Assembly: GCA_977017575.1 (NCBI GenBank)
Contig: CDRNVI010000092.1
Span: 37,643 to 101,642 of the forward strand
Length of the DNA: 64,000 nt
From: Paramoeba atlantica
Taxonomy: Eukaryota; Protista; Discosea
Reading direction: 5' to 3'
Numbering within the stretch: the first letter of the stretch is position 1; each line of letters opens with the position of its first letter. The translations under genes were made by a program, and so were the position numbers. This document shows, piece after piece, positions 28,701-39,344 of this stretch. The notes under the pieces are model-generated. The model was given only the letters and a program-made list of their open reading frames with translations, was not told where the DNA came from and did not search any database.

Positions 28701-30181
28701 CATGCTACTGTGCAGGTCGTTCCGTTTTTTATGGTTTTCGAGCGCGACCAGATTTCTTCCGAAGACAGGGGAAATTGAGAAATTGGTTTCGCCGACTGCA
28801 TCAGCTCCAGGGCTCGTTTCTCCAGTTCATCTTCGCTATGGCCTACGAATATTATGGCACTGTTCTGATTTTTTTTGGATTCGATTGTAGTGTTGCGTGC
28901 TTCGTGCGTAACAGCATCCCCCGTTTCTTCATCGTCCATTGCCGCAGCTCGTGTGTTGGGTGACCTGCACTTTTGGGATAGCTCCGGAGATGGCGATATG
29001 CAGTCGTGGAAGTTGTGTGTTACGGGTGTTTCCGGTGAGACTTGCAACACTGTTGGTGAAACTTGAACTGCTTTTGTCGAATCCATTGAACGGGTTTCTG
29101 GAGTACCTGGACTTGTTGTTTCCCGTGCGGGTGGGCGATTTATAATCATGGAATCAACGTTATTCGATCTACTAAGCTCGTCTACGACCTCCGTAGACTT
29201 TGAATTTGAAGCATCGTGGATCATTTGCAAGCCTTTCCACACAGTTTTTCCGACTATGCAGGCAACTTTTCCTACCGATCCGAGACTAGATTCTTGTGTT
29301 TCCGAAAAAAACACATCGGATTCTTGTGTTTCCGATGTGCTTTTTTGATTCAAGTGTGTTTTGTTTTTCACGTGTGGTGCGATTCCTGCTGGCGTGTCCG
29401 TTGGTGCATCCAGTGCGTGATGGCGTGTGTCTGCGGGGTATCGCGTCGTCTGCAACGAGTCATCCTGGATTGTTTGGGCTCTATTGGCGCTGATCTTTGA
29501 AAAAGAAATGTTGTTCGCTGTTTGAATTTTTGCCTCTTTGGCAGGCGTCTTCTTACCCATTATAACTTTTAGCCGGGGGCGTCGTACAAATGATTCAATT
29601 GCGTCGGATAAATCCTTTGCTTTGGGAGATTCTTCATTGATTTGCTTTTGCGCGGATGAGATATCTTCGGATGATTTACACTGACGGAACTTGAGTTGAT
29701 CATTGTTGACGGACAAGTTCTCGCGCCCCTCAGAAGTTTTTTTTGCAATCGCTTCGATCGAATCCGGCGATATCTTTGGATATTCTGCGGGGATTGATTC
29801 CGGTTGTTGATTAGGTCGCTGCTGACGTACTTTCTTCGCTCGCGCTCTCCGTGAAAGGGTGTGCATTGTGGGCTGTCCCTCCGCTTCTTCGGTTTGTTGC
29901 TCCCACTGCGGTGGCGATTGAGGCTGCGGCAGAGGCGTGGGCGCTGACAACGGCGGGTTGGAGGGGACGGAAGATGGCGGAGCAGAGGGAACAGACGACG
30001 GCGGAGGCAAGGGCGGAGGCAGATACTGGAAATTCGGTGTCGAGGAAGACGGTAGTGGCGAGGACGGCGATGTCGGAGGCCGCTCATCAGGAGGTTTTTT
30101 CTTTCGACGGGTCGGTGGCAGCGGTTGGATCACAGGAGCTACTCCAGTGTCCTTCGCCCGGCTGCGTGTGAACATACCCAT
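25733..30181 (-). CDS. Intact full-length CRE2 non-LTR ORF (about 1480 aa from the ATG at 30181)
   Basis: Pro-rich N-terminus, GVKQGSPLS, YIDD, CPGC...HIPGC..C...KHN, RSGPD, YDLTV; 13-nt SL remnant at 30222-30234; poly(A) at 25622-25634. Confidence 0.9.
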   Translation of the reverse strand: MGMFTRSRAKDTGVAPVIQPLPPTRRKKKPPDERPPTSPSSPLPSSSTPNFQYLPPPLPPPSSVPSAPPSSVPSNPPLSAPTPLPQPQSPPQWEQQTEEAEGQPTMHTLSRRARAKKVRQQRPNQQPESIPAEYPKISPDSIEAIAKKTSEGRENLSVNNDQLKFRQCKSSEDISSAQKQINEESPKAKDLSDAIESFVRRPRLKVIMGKKTPAKEAKIQTANNISFSKISANRAQTIQDDSLQTTRYPADTRHHALDAPTDTPAGIAPHVKNKTHLNQKSTSETQESDVFFSETQESSLGSVGKVACIVGKTVWKGLQMIHDASNSKSTEVVDELSRSNNVDSMIINRPPARETTSPGTPETRSMDSTKAVQVSPTVLQVSPETPVTHNFHDCISPSPELSQKCRSPNTRAAAMDDEETGDAVTHEARNTTIESKKNQNSAIIFVGHSEDELEKRALELMQSAKPISQFPLSSEEIWSRSKTIKNGTTCTVAWTWDRQTTLNISLGKVVKTYKRASKGKLTIQYTGVVGHKAGENFDGCIPPQENVRVFQILWHCAPPPIDFTTPEVLEYTPPVGSTQQTAPDEDVDHLPVPTARSFSPEFVPCVVAVYRDIMFAYEKSDYAGRHKIWNQTLSAMKVSLATIRSSSGRQRRRKPHKGHTSPQDGSSEEAKTTADDVRAVKKATRLVLEGCSTKAAKVMGQTFTRNMLSDAETLEKLRMLHPAQTCDFKLPDDAPIIAGVSPEELRAAGRRLAKGVSPGPTGTTDNVLRLLLDDEVCCTSLCHMMADLLNGFLSRQVLRRLNRARLIAIPKPDGGVRPVAMGDVFGKLAGIILFQRYENTLEPLFAPMQQGIMSKAGCERIVHTLHEKYLTGHSILSVDLKNAFNTPSRNDVAKHVFGIATLRPFQRYFAAEYSEQSQLLFYGSEGKLVDTVSSSSGVKQGSPLSTLYFCTYLQPVLETLAEEFPGINIHAYIDDINLTSEDPNQLTNAFKRLKALVASSNLALSAHKCVWFGGILGKSIPEALQAEGVQTESQATKVLGAFIGEDDAISQKLLQKIGKQEVIFRRLKLMGMSNVSLILLTKSVNVRQQYYMRTHNPKATDQTCKRFDSEIENVLQTWMGPLQTRQIDIARLPLKKGGLGLTACHPTRAAAYEASRHAAFEHIKSFSARVVPSQFHSTEHAGTANEQELARQKPPTDEITAAAKLHEEAWNKLVSDPQMAGTLKATSNKGSYDWLLSNVRYVPPHLFELAVMPRLGVHHPRLPDAMTCPGCRTLMDANTALTHIPGCVQCTGFNATAKHNMLTKFLYDLCMKAGIPCEREPRSFSTWSCLTCGNTVDYNNQHLHHKTCGGRQFHRSGPDLAIYWNSGVVFYDLTVVHELAPSHRNKKCSQLVREAIQRKNETYVNSGMIPAEAFECLPVLSCGSLHKSTRGLIKSLTDVCLLDTQKTEQAFKLLLQELNGSEVYAQLRHFLEPQDYQKSTIL

Positions 30182-30820
30182 AACGGGAAGAGTAAGAATA
30201 CAAAAATAAAGATAGAGAATACAACAAGGTACAGGCGCCTTATTTGCATTACCTAAGGCGCAGGGGTATAGCGCACCCCACCTCCCTAGCTGTAACCTAA
30301 CTCCTCTCCAAGCGGAGGTCAGCCGTAGCTTGCTATGGATGGCTCTCCGGATACGTCGCAAGACGTATTCGGACTGCCCGTTTGGGGAGTTGAGGGGCCA
30401 TAACTTTTCGGAGTCAAAAGGCCCAATACATCATCATCATCATACCCATTTCCTTTGTAATCAATAAAATATACTAAGTATCACAAGTATCACAAAATAG
30501 AGCTCTTTAACCTAGCAAACATTCCCTGTAACTTACGAACGGGCGTTATGCCCACCACGTCGCGAACCAACCCGTTCGCACGTCACCACGCACACCAAGT
30601 CTCGTTACACACCTCCACTCTCCTCGCACCCTTCACTCCCTCACTCTCCCTCCCATCCCCTCACGACAACCCAACGCAACTAACCACAGTACAGCACCCT
30701 TTCACTCGTCAAACACGTGTCCTCGTCGTACACGTGTGCATGAATAACTAAAGAACGTATATATATAGTTTTTTTTTTTTTTTTTTTTTTTTGGTAAAAA
30801 CTATTTTCGGCAACAATCAG

Positions 30821-33742
30821 TCAGTGGCGGCTGACCAATTGTTGTAGATTATGAAATTTTGTATGGCTATCTAAACGACTCACGGGATCTGCTGGGTTGT
30901 CTTCGGACCGTATGTATCGCGCTTTGATGCAAATCCCTTGATTCTGATTCATCAGTAAAACTTTCTTCAGTTCGCTAGCGATATTATCGGAATTCGCCAT
31001 ACGTTTATTAATGGCTCCCTGACATGACGTGTTATCTATGTATAAGTCAATACACGTCCCCTTCTCAAAGTGATGTTTGAAGTCCTTCAAAGCATTGGTT
31101 ACGGCCATGGCCTCGGCATGATTTACCTCATATTTAAATTCTTTGGGCCAAGAGTCACCTGTAATCTGTACCCCCCCGTCATCGAGATATAGCACTGCTC
31201 CCCACCCTTTGCTCGATGCGTCGGTATATAGGCGGTGCGTATGGGGCACGACGTCTGGGTGCGGAGGTGGTTCAATGGGTATATTCTTTAGCACTTCGTC
31301 CCGCCAATCGGCTAGGATGCATCTCGTGGGTTTAGGAAGAGGTACCGGCTTATCCGCTAGGTGAAGATTTCGGTTTAACATATTAATACGGCGCCTCGCA
31401 ATTTTGAGCGTAAAATGAAAACGCGGAATAACATACCCAAGGACTGCTGAGGCGTAGAGGAGACGCCCCACCGCCGTCTCCAATTGGGCGTACGTAATAG
31501 TGTTAAATCGATCACGACGTAACTTCAGTAGTACTCGAGGTCCCAGGCTGACCTTGTGCACTATATGATCGTAGTTTACGCCATTAAACACATACTCCAG
31601 TTCCGGGGGTGAGCCATGCTCCTTAAAGGCTCCATTAGCTTCTCTACAGCGGGAATCAATCCGCTTGGCATATCCAATGGCTTCCTCTTTGCTCGCTGTG
31701 TAGCGAATCCCGTCGATATATATATCAACACTGCTCTTTGCAAAACTCGCTTCCGGTTTACACATTCCCGGGTCACCGGCCAGCACGGACGTGATAGTAT
31801 GCATCACTTCCGGGGCACATCTATGCCCCATGGGCATAACTTTCATCTGATAGAGATTTCCTTGGGAATCACGAAACCGAAACTTCGCGCGCGCGCGCTC
31901 GGGGACCGGGACCTGATAGAAACCACATTTGAGATCTCTTTTCACCCCGACCTCCATTTCCACACGATGAAGGTATTTCGCCGGATGGAGCAGCGGCACG
32001 AGCGGATCATATTCCTTCAGGCGTTCATTGTCATCCTTAGTCCATGAAATAAAACGTCGTCTGGATTTCCCTGATTCGTCAGCTTCCACCACCGTAAAGG
32101 GTACGAGGTACTGTATAGTCGGAATGTCGCGGGCCATTTGATCCGAAACTCGTTGAATAACATTCGCTGTGATCAGTTCGTTGATGTCCTTCGTAAGAAG
32201 ATTCCCTTTAATGGATGGTTCAGGCTGTGGTGGTACTTTGGTGCAAAACATTTTATTCATAATGCGCTCTAGTCGGCTTCGCGTGTCATTCCTCATCCAA
32301 GATTTAACTTTATCCAGTTCCATAGTAGGAATTCCCGTCTTAACGTGTAAGGGGTGATGCATGTCCTGCGCCTTAGCTAAGCGCGAAGTTCTCCTTGCAC
32401 AAATAATGCTATACCGCTTAACATGTGGGACCTGCTCGAGGCACCTATCTACATCAGCTTGTGTTATTGGAGTTGCAGGAGAGCCGAAGCTCGCTGTGTA
32501 CCGAGCGCTCTCGCGGTGGTCACCAGGTTTGCGTTGTACCGTAATAGGGAGGTAATGTGCTGATGTTTTGCGAGATTTTGAACGTCTGATATTGTTAGTC
32601 TTCCTAGAGCAACCTCCTGAAACAGGTACGTTACCGCTCCGCGCTTGATGGAATGTGTTCCGAATTTCGGGCCCAGAATCTTGCGTATTCGGAGATCCAT
32701 CTCCCGTACTGTCGTGGCGCTTATGCGCTGCCCTGCAATCATATGCCTGACGTGTTGAGCTATCTCTGGAGTCCCTGGACCCACTATCGTTGTGCACATG
32801 GATAACCGATACGGGTTGAGCCGTGTGGTTTTCGTTTGCCGCCCCCAATACACAATTACTTCGTTGTCGTCCACCTTGACAAACCGGTCTTTGGTCAATT
32901 CGGCTACCTCGGTCCATCGGCCCGCGGCTTTCCAACAGATCAACACCGCTATCGAATCCCTTGGTATGAGTTTGGCGCGCAACTTTCTGATATGCCATGG
33001 GGTCGCGGGCTCCATTTGGCGGGTTGGTTCTAGCGCTCCCTTTGCTTGCAATGCTTTCGCGTATAGCTGTAGAGGTCCTGTGGGTTTGTGGGCGAGGTTG
33101 AATATCGATTGGAGGCTTCGTGCATATGCGAGAAGTGTTGCGGGTGCAAGATTCAGCTGATCGAGGAACACTACAGCGTGTAGGGGTTCGAGGGGGGCGT
33201 TTCCCGCGTTGCAAAAGCGGGCCAGTCGATCCCACAACCGACTTCGTGTCATCCAGGTGGCTGTCGTCCACATGGGGTCTATCGCGCGGCATATCGGTTC
33301 GACTACCGGCATTCTCGGTTCCAGTCCCAACAAAGTGCATGTCAGTCTGCGTTTTGCTTGCAGTTCGTTCATGTTTTCGCTTCCGACGATGTCGCGGGGA
33401 TCGGGATTTGGACGCTCCCGCTTCGGCGCGTGGACTACAGACCGTATAATGGTCGGAACACTTGCATCCGTATTCCCGGATGAAGGCCAAGAACTGTTTG
33501 AAAAGTTCACCCGCCGCGTTTTCGGCAGCTGGGCACGTGCAAAAAAGCCTGGTTTTTTCACCCTCCGTTTGACAAACGGTCGGGCACGAGCGAGATAAGG
33601 GGTGGGGGGCCTTCCCTATTGGCCCCTCTTTGCACCAGCGGTGCCGCTCGTCACCCCCGAGCGAAAACCCGTGGCGAAGCTGCGCTGCTGGGCTTGATTT
33701 AAGGTCGGACAGTACGCACGGATGTGGCCCGGCTTGTGGCAT
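30821..33742 (-). CDS. YR2 RT/RNase H ORF overlapping YR in the -1 frame
   Basis: KRDLKCGFYQ, MPMGH, YIDG, TDAS, HAEA, IDN, NPAD. Confidence 0.9.
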   Translation of the reverse strand: MPQAGPHPCVLSDLKSSPAAQLRHGFSLGGDERHRWCKEGPIGKAPHPLSRSCPTVCQTEGEKTRLFCTCPAAENAAGELFKQFLAFIREYGCKCSDHYTVCSPRAEAGASKSRSPRHRRKRKHERTASKTQTDMHFVGTGTENAGSRTDMPRDRPHVDDSHLDDTKSVVGSTGPLLQRGKRPPRTPTRCSVPRSAESCTRNTSRICTKPPIDIQPRPQTHRTSTAIRESIASKGSARTNPPNGARDPMAYQKVARQTHTKGFDSGVDLLESRGPMDRGSRIDQRPVCQGGRQRSNCVLGAANENHTAQPVSVIHVHNDSGSRDSRDSSTRQAYDCRAAHKRHDSTGDGSPNTQDSGPEIRNTFHQARSGNVPVSGGCSRKTNNIRRSKSRKTSAHYLPITVQRKPGDHRESARYTASFGSPATPITQADVDRCLEQVPHVKRYSIICARRTSRLAKAQDMHHPLHVKTGIPTMELDKVKSWMRNDTRSRLERIMNKMFCTKVPPQPEPSIKGNLLTKDINELITANVIQRVSDQMARDIPTIQYLVPFTVVEADESGKSRRRFISWTKDDNERLKEYDPLVPLLHPAKYLHRVEMEVGVKRDLKCGFYQVPVPERARAKFRFRDSQGNLYQMKVMPMGHRCAPEVMHTITSVLAGDPGMCKPEASFAKSSVDIYIDGIRYTASKEEAIGYAKRIDSRCREANGAFKEHGSPPELEYVFNGVNYDHIVHKVSLGPRVLLKLRRDRFNTITYAQLETAVGRLLYASAVLGYVIPRFHFTLKIARRRINMLNRNLHLADKPVPLPKPTRCILADWRDEVLKNIPIEPPPHPDVVPHTHRLYTDASSKGWGAVLYLDDGGVQITGDSWPKEFKYEVNHAEAMAVTNALKDFKHHFEKGTCIDLYIDNTSCQGAINKRMANSDNIASELKKVLLMNQNQGICIKARYIRSEDNPADPVSRLDSHTKFHNLQQLVSRH
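32464..33561 (-). CDS. YR2 tyrosine recombinase
   Basis: AGRW, KT, HSIKRG, HQHITSLLRY. Confidence 0.9.
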   Translation of the reverse strand: MKKPGFFARAQLPKTRRVNFSNSSWPSSGNTDASVPTIIRSVVHAPKRERPNPDPRDIVGSENMNELQAKRRLTCTLLGLEPRMPVVEPICRAIDPMWTTATWMTRSRLWDRLARFCNAGNAPLEPLHAVVFLDQLNLAPATLLAYARSLQSIFNLAHKPTGPLQLYAKALQAKGALEPTRQMEPATPWHIRKLRAKLIPRDSIAVLICWKAAGRWTEVAELTKDRFVKVDDNEVIVYWGRQTKTTRLNPYRLSMCTTIVGPGTPEIAQHVRHMIAGQRISATTVREMDLRIRKILGPKFGTHSIKRGAVTYLFQEVALGRLTISDVQNLAKHQHITSLLRYNANLVTTARALGTQRASALLQLQ

Positions 33743-34653
33743 TTGTAGCAGAGTAATGCAGGCTTGGCCGGCCCCTTGGGAGTACGCAACTGTCGAAGTT
33801 TCTCGTCTGCGACAGCCTTCGTATACGCGTCCTTAGCGTCGTCGTCCTTATGCAGCTTTAACTGGAGATTTTCAATCGGAATGCCTTGAGATGCCCAGTA
33901 ATGGTTCCGTAGTTCTTCGATTGCTGTTTGGACAATGCTCAGAAAATACTCCTCACGCCATATTGGGTACATACGAGCGGCATACACCCAATCCTGAATA
34001 ATCTTAAAGAGACGCTCGCGGATGGGCGGGGGGTGAAATAACAAGCCAAACTCCGGTGCCGCCCTAAGATCTCGGATGAGATCCCTCACGCGCAACTCAT
34101 CTTCGGATTCAAGCCAGGGCCCCCAGGTCAACGGTTCATAAGTCGTGAACTTGGCGGGGTCAGTCACAAGCTGCGGTGTTGCTTGCCCATCTTCAGTCTT
34201 CCGCCCCCCTGGCATGACTGCTCGGACACTGGAGATCTCTAGGGAATAGTAATTAATATCCGGGAAAGGGAAATCGTATGCCATACCTGGCTCGTCGGAC
34301 CACTTCGCCTCCAGGGACCCCGATCCATCGCCCTTAAGAGAAATGTTACCCACTACCGTTTGACGATGAGTTTCCCCTACGTGGCCCCACACGGCCTCAA
34401 CAGATACCTGGTACCCTCGAGCTACTAAAGATTTAACTTTAGCAGCAAACTCCATCTTCGATTCCTCTGACATGGCCTCCGCGCCATCCCCACCTCGAAG
34501 CAAAGCCGCCACTTGCTCGGGGTTCAGGGTGTTTCTCTGGTCCCGTCCTTGTCGGAGAGATGGGCTCACAGGGTCGTTAGGATCAACTGGTGGAGGACTG
34601 TCCTGTCTGCCCATAGAGAGTGTTCGGCGCACGGTATTCAAAATACCTGCCAT
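33616..34653 (-). CDS. YR2 Gag-like protein
   Basis: CYKCHKPGHIRAYC knuckle; WSDEP..Y.FP and LIRDLRAAPEFG shared with YR1 Gag. Confidence 0.85.
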   Translation of the reverse strand: MAGILNTVRRTLSMGRQDSPPPVDPNDPVSPSLRQGRDQRNTLNPEQVAALLRGGDGAEAMSEESKMEFAAKVKSLVARGYQVSVEAVWGHVGETHRQTVVGNISLKGDGSGSLEAKWSDEPGMAYDFPFPDINYYSLEISSVRAVMPGGRKTEDGQATPQLVTDPAKFTTYEPLTWGPWLESEDELRVRDLIRDLRAAPEFGLLFHPPPIRERLFKIIQDWVYAARMYPIWREEYFLSIVQTAIEELRNHYWASQGIPIENLQLKLHKDDDAKDAYTKAVADEKLRQLRTPKGPAKPALLCYKCHKPGHIRAYCPTLNQAQQRSFATGFRSGVTSGTAGAKRGQ

Positions 34654-34880
34654 GGAAAAACGTTTTTGTTGTTTATAGGAGGAAATGTCACTAATATACA
34701 GTATATTTATAATTACCTCAATCTATCCCTGGTACATAGATAAATAGTTTAGACCCATTTCGGGGTAGAATTTGAAAAACAGCTTAGACCCCTTTCGGGG
34801 CACCATCTGCATATCAACAAAATAAAGTCTCCTAAATTTCTTATCGTAAACTTACAAGGTCTGTATACAAGGTTCTGTAT

Positions 34881-34908
34881 ACAAGGTACAGAAACTGTAT
34901 CTTTATCG
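34881..34908 (-). other. SL-exon-like remnant (28 nt), followed by two internally deleted copies at 34854-34880
   Basis: CGATAAAGATACAGTTTCTGTACCTTGT-ATACAGAACCTTGT-ATACAGACCTTGT. Confidence 0.75.
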
Positions 34909-36002
34909 ATATTGATCATTCACGTGATGATAAAACTTGTCGTCCGGACGGATATCCTTCTCCTTTTTTTGATGGACCAAGTCCACATCTACGCGGCGTG
35001 CTCGCCAGTACGCGTCACGAAGTGTCTGCACAATCCCACGTCCCATTTCGAGGTACACACCTTCATTCCAGTTGGGTATCAAACGCGCAAAAATAATCCA
35101 CTTGCAAAATACAGAATTAAACAAACGCTCTTGCTGCTTAATAAACGTGCGATCATGATAAAACTGATTAACGCGTAAACCAAACTCAGGCGCATCCCGA
35201 AGCTCGCGAATCAGGTCCCTAGTGCGAAAACCATCGTCATCCGCCGCATTAATCCAAGGCTCGTAAGTCAAAGGTTCGTAGGCGTTCAATGCATTCGGGT
35301 CGAGTAATCTGCCTTCCCGTAAAGCCTCTGAAATTGGTGCGGCACCAGTTCTCCCCCCAATTACCTCTTGCATGCCGGCAGCCTCATTACGTGAGCCCAA
35401 CTGATGCGTTTCATCGGTGAGTAATTGCGAAGAGTTCTCAATAAGAGGGGGTGGTAGTTCTCGATCTTCGATAATGTTGAGCTCATAATAATCCAAATCC
35501 GGATGAGGAAACTGGTACTCCTTGGACGGTTTGTCCTCCCACACCGCCCATAAATCCAGGCCATCCTTTCGCAACTTTCCCATCACAGTCTGTCGACCAC
35601 CATTTAAATCATCTTTCCGTCGAAAGATCGCACGCGCTTGTACCGATTTTTTGAACAACAATTTCTCCCTTGCCACTGTACAAACCAAACTTAACTCCTG
35701 CTGACTAAGCGGCTCGGTAGGCACGAGCGGCTCAGAGGCCGGAGAAGCACTGCGTGATGACCGTCGGGCTGTCAAAGGAATGTCGATTACGGTCATTTTG
35801 TCGAGAAACTTTTGTCGAGAACAGTAAACCTGAGTAATTGAATTATCAATATTCGAATATCGTACTACGGGATATTTGTATATCAGTATTAACACAATTT
35901 TATTGTTTAAAACAAAAACAGGTACAATGCCCCCCGGCGGGGCATCCTATCCATATCACTTCGAAAATATATTTCTCGTCAAATTCTATCCGTAAACTTC
36001 AA
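34909..36002 (-). pseudogene. YR3 element fragment: left repeat plus gag (ATG at 35796), truncated before the knuckle
   Basis: EPLVPTEPL, RDLIRELRDAPEFGLRVNQF and DAYWRARRVDV match YR1 Gag; AAGTTTACG left-end motif at 35991-35999. Confidence 0.8.
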
Positions 36003-36022
36003 TAGCTTGGGATCGTGATCCT

Positions 36023-37099
36023 TTAAAGCCTCGTATGCTTTCTACCCGACTTTACAGATTCGTCTTCTCCAAGGTGTGCCCCAAGGATCTTTATAGAATC
36101 GTACGCAGCCTTGACCCCTTCATTTGCAAGCTGTTCTGGAATCGGGATTTTTTCCTGTCCACCGAACCACACGCATTTTCCAGGAGCAAGTTCAATGTTG
36201 TGAGCATTCACCATTTCTTGGAGCCTTACAAATGCTTTGGCCAATGATTGTGGGTTTTTCGAAGCCATGTTCACGTCATCAATAAACGCATATATTTCGA
36301 TGTCGGGAAACTCTTGTTTCAGAATCTTCAATAGTGGCTTCAGGAAGGCGCAGTAGTATAGAGATGCCAGCGGGGAACCTTGCCGCAAACCACATGTGCT
36401 GGGAATGACTCCGAATAGCGTTCCATCGGATCCGTAATACAGTAGCTCTGAGGGTTGGCCATATTCAGCGTGAAAGATCCGTTGAAACGGGCGTAGTGTA
36501 CCACAAGCAAATACGTGTTTGGCGATATCCGCCCTATTCGGGGAGTTGAAGGCGTTTTTGGCGTCAATGGAAAGAATGACGTGTCCAGACTTAAGACGCT
36601 CATGCAGTCTATGAACGATTTTTTCACATCCTGCCTTTGACGAAACGCCGTGTTGCAGTGGTGCAAAAAGAGGGCCCAAAGTGTGTTCGTAGCGCTGGAG
36701 CAATATAACGCCGGCAAGCTTCATAAATATCTCGCCCATTGCCACTGGTCTGACTCCTCCGTTGGATTTAGGAATGGCTACGAGCCGTGCTCGGTTTAAT
36801 CGAAACAAAACGCTGTGATCCACGAATCCGTTGATTAGATCCGATATCATATGGGCAAGATTAGTGCATGAGATCTCATCATCGAGCATGAGTTGCACAA
36901 TCCCGTCTGTCATTCCAGTTGGGCCAGGGTTTACGCCTTTTGCGAGTCGCTTCCCAGCTTTCCGTAGCTCCTCCGTCATTATTCCGCTAATTATCGGCGC
37001 ATCCTCCGGCAAAGAAACTTCGTATTGTCTTTGCGGATGTAATGCGGCAAGCTTGTCAAGGGTCTCTTCATCCGTTAGTTGCTTTGGTGTAAAGTTCAT
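36023..37099 (-). pseudogene. CRE2 RT fragment
   Basis: VRPVAMGE, IDAKNAFN, GLRQGSPL, FIDD. Confidence 0.85.
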
Positions 37100-37249
37100 C
37101 CGTTAGTTGCTTTGGTGTTTCAGAGGGGGTAGTAAACAAAAGAAGTTTAAGAAACATAGTTTAGACCCCTTTCGGGGCAATACCAATAATGATAGTCTCA
37201 CAATGATAGTCTCCTAAATTTCATCTCGTATACTTATAAAGAAATCAAC

Positions 37250-38985
37250 TTAATATGCACTTGCGTACACCCGAGTCTTGCCTTGCGAACTTCCCAGAAA
37301 CTGGCGTAACTGGGCGTAGACTTCGTTTCCATTTAAGTCTTGGAGTAATAACTTGAAGTCCATCTCCACTGTCTTCCTATCCAACATGGCTGCATCCGCA
37401 AGTGCATGTATCAGAAATCTTGTGTTCTGGTGGAGAGAACCGCAAGAAAAGATCGGAAGGCATTGAAACGCGAACTCTGGAATCATACCGGTTGTAACGT
37501 AGGTATCTTTCTTCCGTTTAATTACGTCTTGCATTAGTTTCACGCAAGTTTTAGATTGGTTCGATGGCGCAAGCTCGTGTATTATAGACACGTAGAAGAT
37601 TTCTCCGGTGCTCCAGAAAATGGCCAGATCCGGCCCCGATCGGTATAGCTGTCGACCGGTGCAACATTTTTCATGAGTCATTTTATTCTCGGGTTCGACC
37701 TTTCGGCTACACACACCACACCGCCACGTACTGAAGGCTCGCGGCTCTTTTTCACACGGTATCCCCGCCTTATTGGCTAAGTCGAACAGGTATTTCACCA
37801 ATCTATTATGTTTTGTTGTGGCATTAAAACCGTAGCACTGCACGCATCCAGGTATGTGGTGTAGAGCAGATTGACTGTTCAGTATTGTTTTGCACCCGGG
37901 GCATAACAGCTTCTCAGGTAGACGAGGATGGGCTATTCCTAACCGCGTCATAATGGCCATCTCGAAGTGTCGCGATGGGACGAATCTAGCGGCAGACGTT
38001 AACCAGTCGTAACTTCCCTTGCGAGTAGTGGCGCTCAGTATTTTGGAAATATTTGGATTCTGTCTCAGTCTCTCCAGTACTTCATCATGCTCTAAGGCTG
38101 CGATCGTTTTGTCATCTGTCGGGGGCTTTCGGTTTTGACCTTCGTTGGCAAGCGCTATATGATTTTCCACTGATCCACTCTGAGCAGAAAAGGATTTTTG
38201 TCGCTCATATGAGGAATACAATGAAGCTTCATACGCTGCTGCGCGAATTTTACTGCAGGACGTCAAACCTAAACCTCCCTTTTTCGCTGGTAACCGAGCC
38301 ATCTCGATCTGATTCGCCGTTAGGGATCCAAGCCATGTGCTCAAAACGTCTTCAACTTTCTCATCAAAACAGTCAGCGATCTGCTCAGTGATGTCAGGCG
38401 GATGTACACGCACTGCGTACTGCATCTTCACGTTTATGCTGTGGGATAATAAACTGAGCGACACATTGTTAAGCCCCATGATCTTCAGCCGACTGAAAGC
38501 TAAGTTATGTTGTTCAAGTTGGCCCTTCAGCCTCTCCGCCACCGTTGTATTCTTGCCAATGAATGCTCCCAACACCTTTGTGGCTTCATTTTCGTTGATG
38601 ACTCCCGCATTCTCGAGACATGGCGGAATCGCAATTTGGTTCCTCCCGCCGAACCATACACATTTCTTGGCAGCAAGCTCTATAGATTGTTCCTTGATTT
38701 CCCTCATTAGGGCCCCACTCCCTCGCCGCAAGTTCGACGGCGCCAATTCATGGATTACAGTGAGGTCGTAGAAGACTTCACCGGACGCCCAATATATGAC
38801 TATATCAGGTCCGGACCGGTGAAGACTAGCATTTCGGCAGATCTGTTGGTGCTCACGTTTGCGCCAATGCGGGAACGACTCCCCGCAAGTGGAGCATTTG
38901 TAGGTCGTAAATTGTCGTGGCTCCCGCTCGCATGGTACCCCAGCCTTCATGCACAGATCGTAAATTCTACGCACCAGCGCATCAT
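37250..38985 (-). pseudogene. In-frame chimera of two CRE2 3' fragments (endonuclease piece fused to thumb-CCHC-endonuclease)
   Basis: RSGPD occurs twice; the junction lies near LMREIKEQ/SIELAAKKCVWFGG. Confidence 0.8.
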
Positions 38986-39099
38986 GTTTTTTTTTTTTTT
39001 TTTTTTTTTTCTCAGCCCAAAACTAGCAATTCAATCTCCCCTAAGTATATACGACAAATAAGACACAGTAAAAATTAAAACAAGCAATCCAGACCCAAT

Positions 39100-39332
39100 C
39101 CATTCGCGCGTTCCGGACCGGGTCTTTCGACCACTCCACGGCCTGACTTGTGAACCCTTCCCTTGCTATACGGGAGGGCGCAGGCGCGGGCCTGTGTCGA
39201 CAACGACACGGTCACGAAACAGGATGCTGGCCGACGGGGAGGAGATTCACTACCCGTGTACTACCTCACTTGGGGTACCTAGCCCTGACGGACTAGGCGT
39301 GAGCATAGACTCTGTCGACCCGACCAGCATCC
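39100..39332 (-). ncRNA. Structured 3'-UTR RNA, variant B
   Basis: Reverse complement of the motif; its tail ends at the poly(T) at about 38987-39010. Confidence 0.75.
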
Positions 39333-39344
39333 GTACCGGGAGTT

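Larger units (their letters stand above)
30430..34853 (-). mobile_element. VIPER/TATE-like YR retrotransposon, family YR2 (3' boundary approximate)
   Basis: gag-YR-RT/RH order; 3' region shares TATTGATTACAAA...GATGATG with the YR1 B repeat. Confidence 0.8.
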
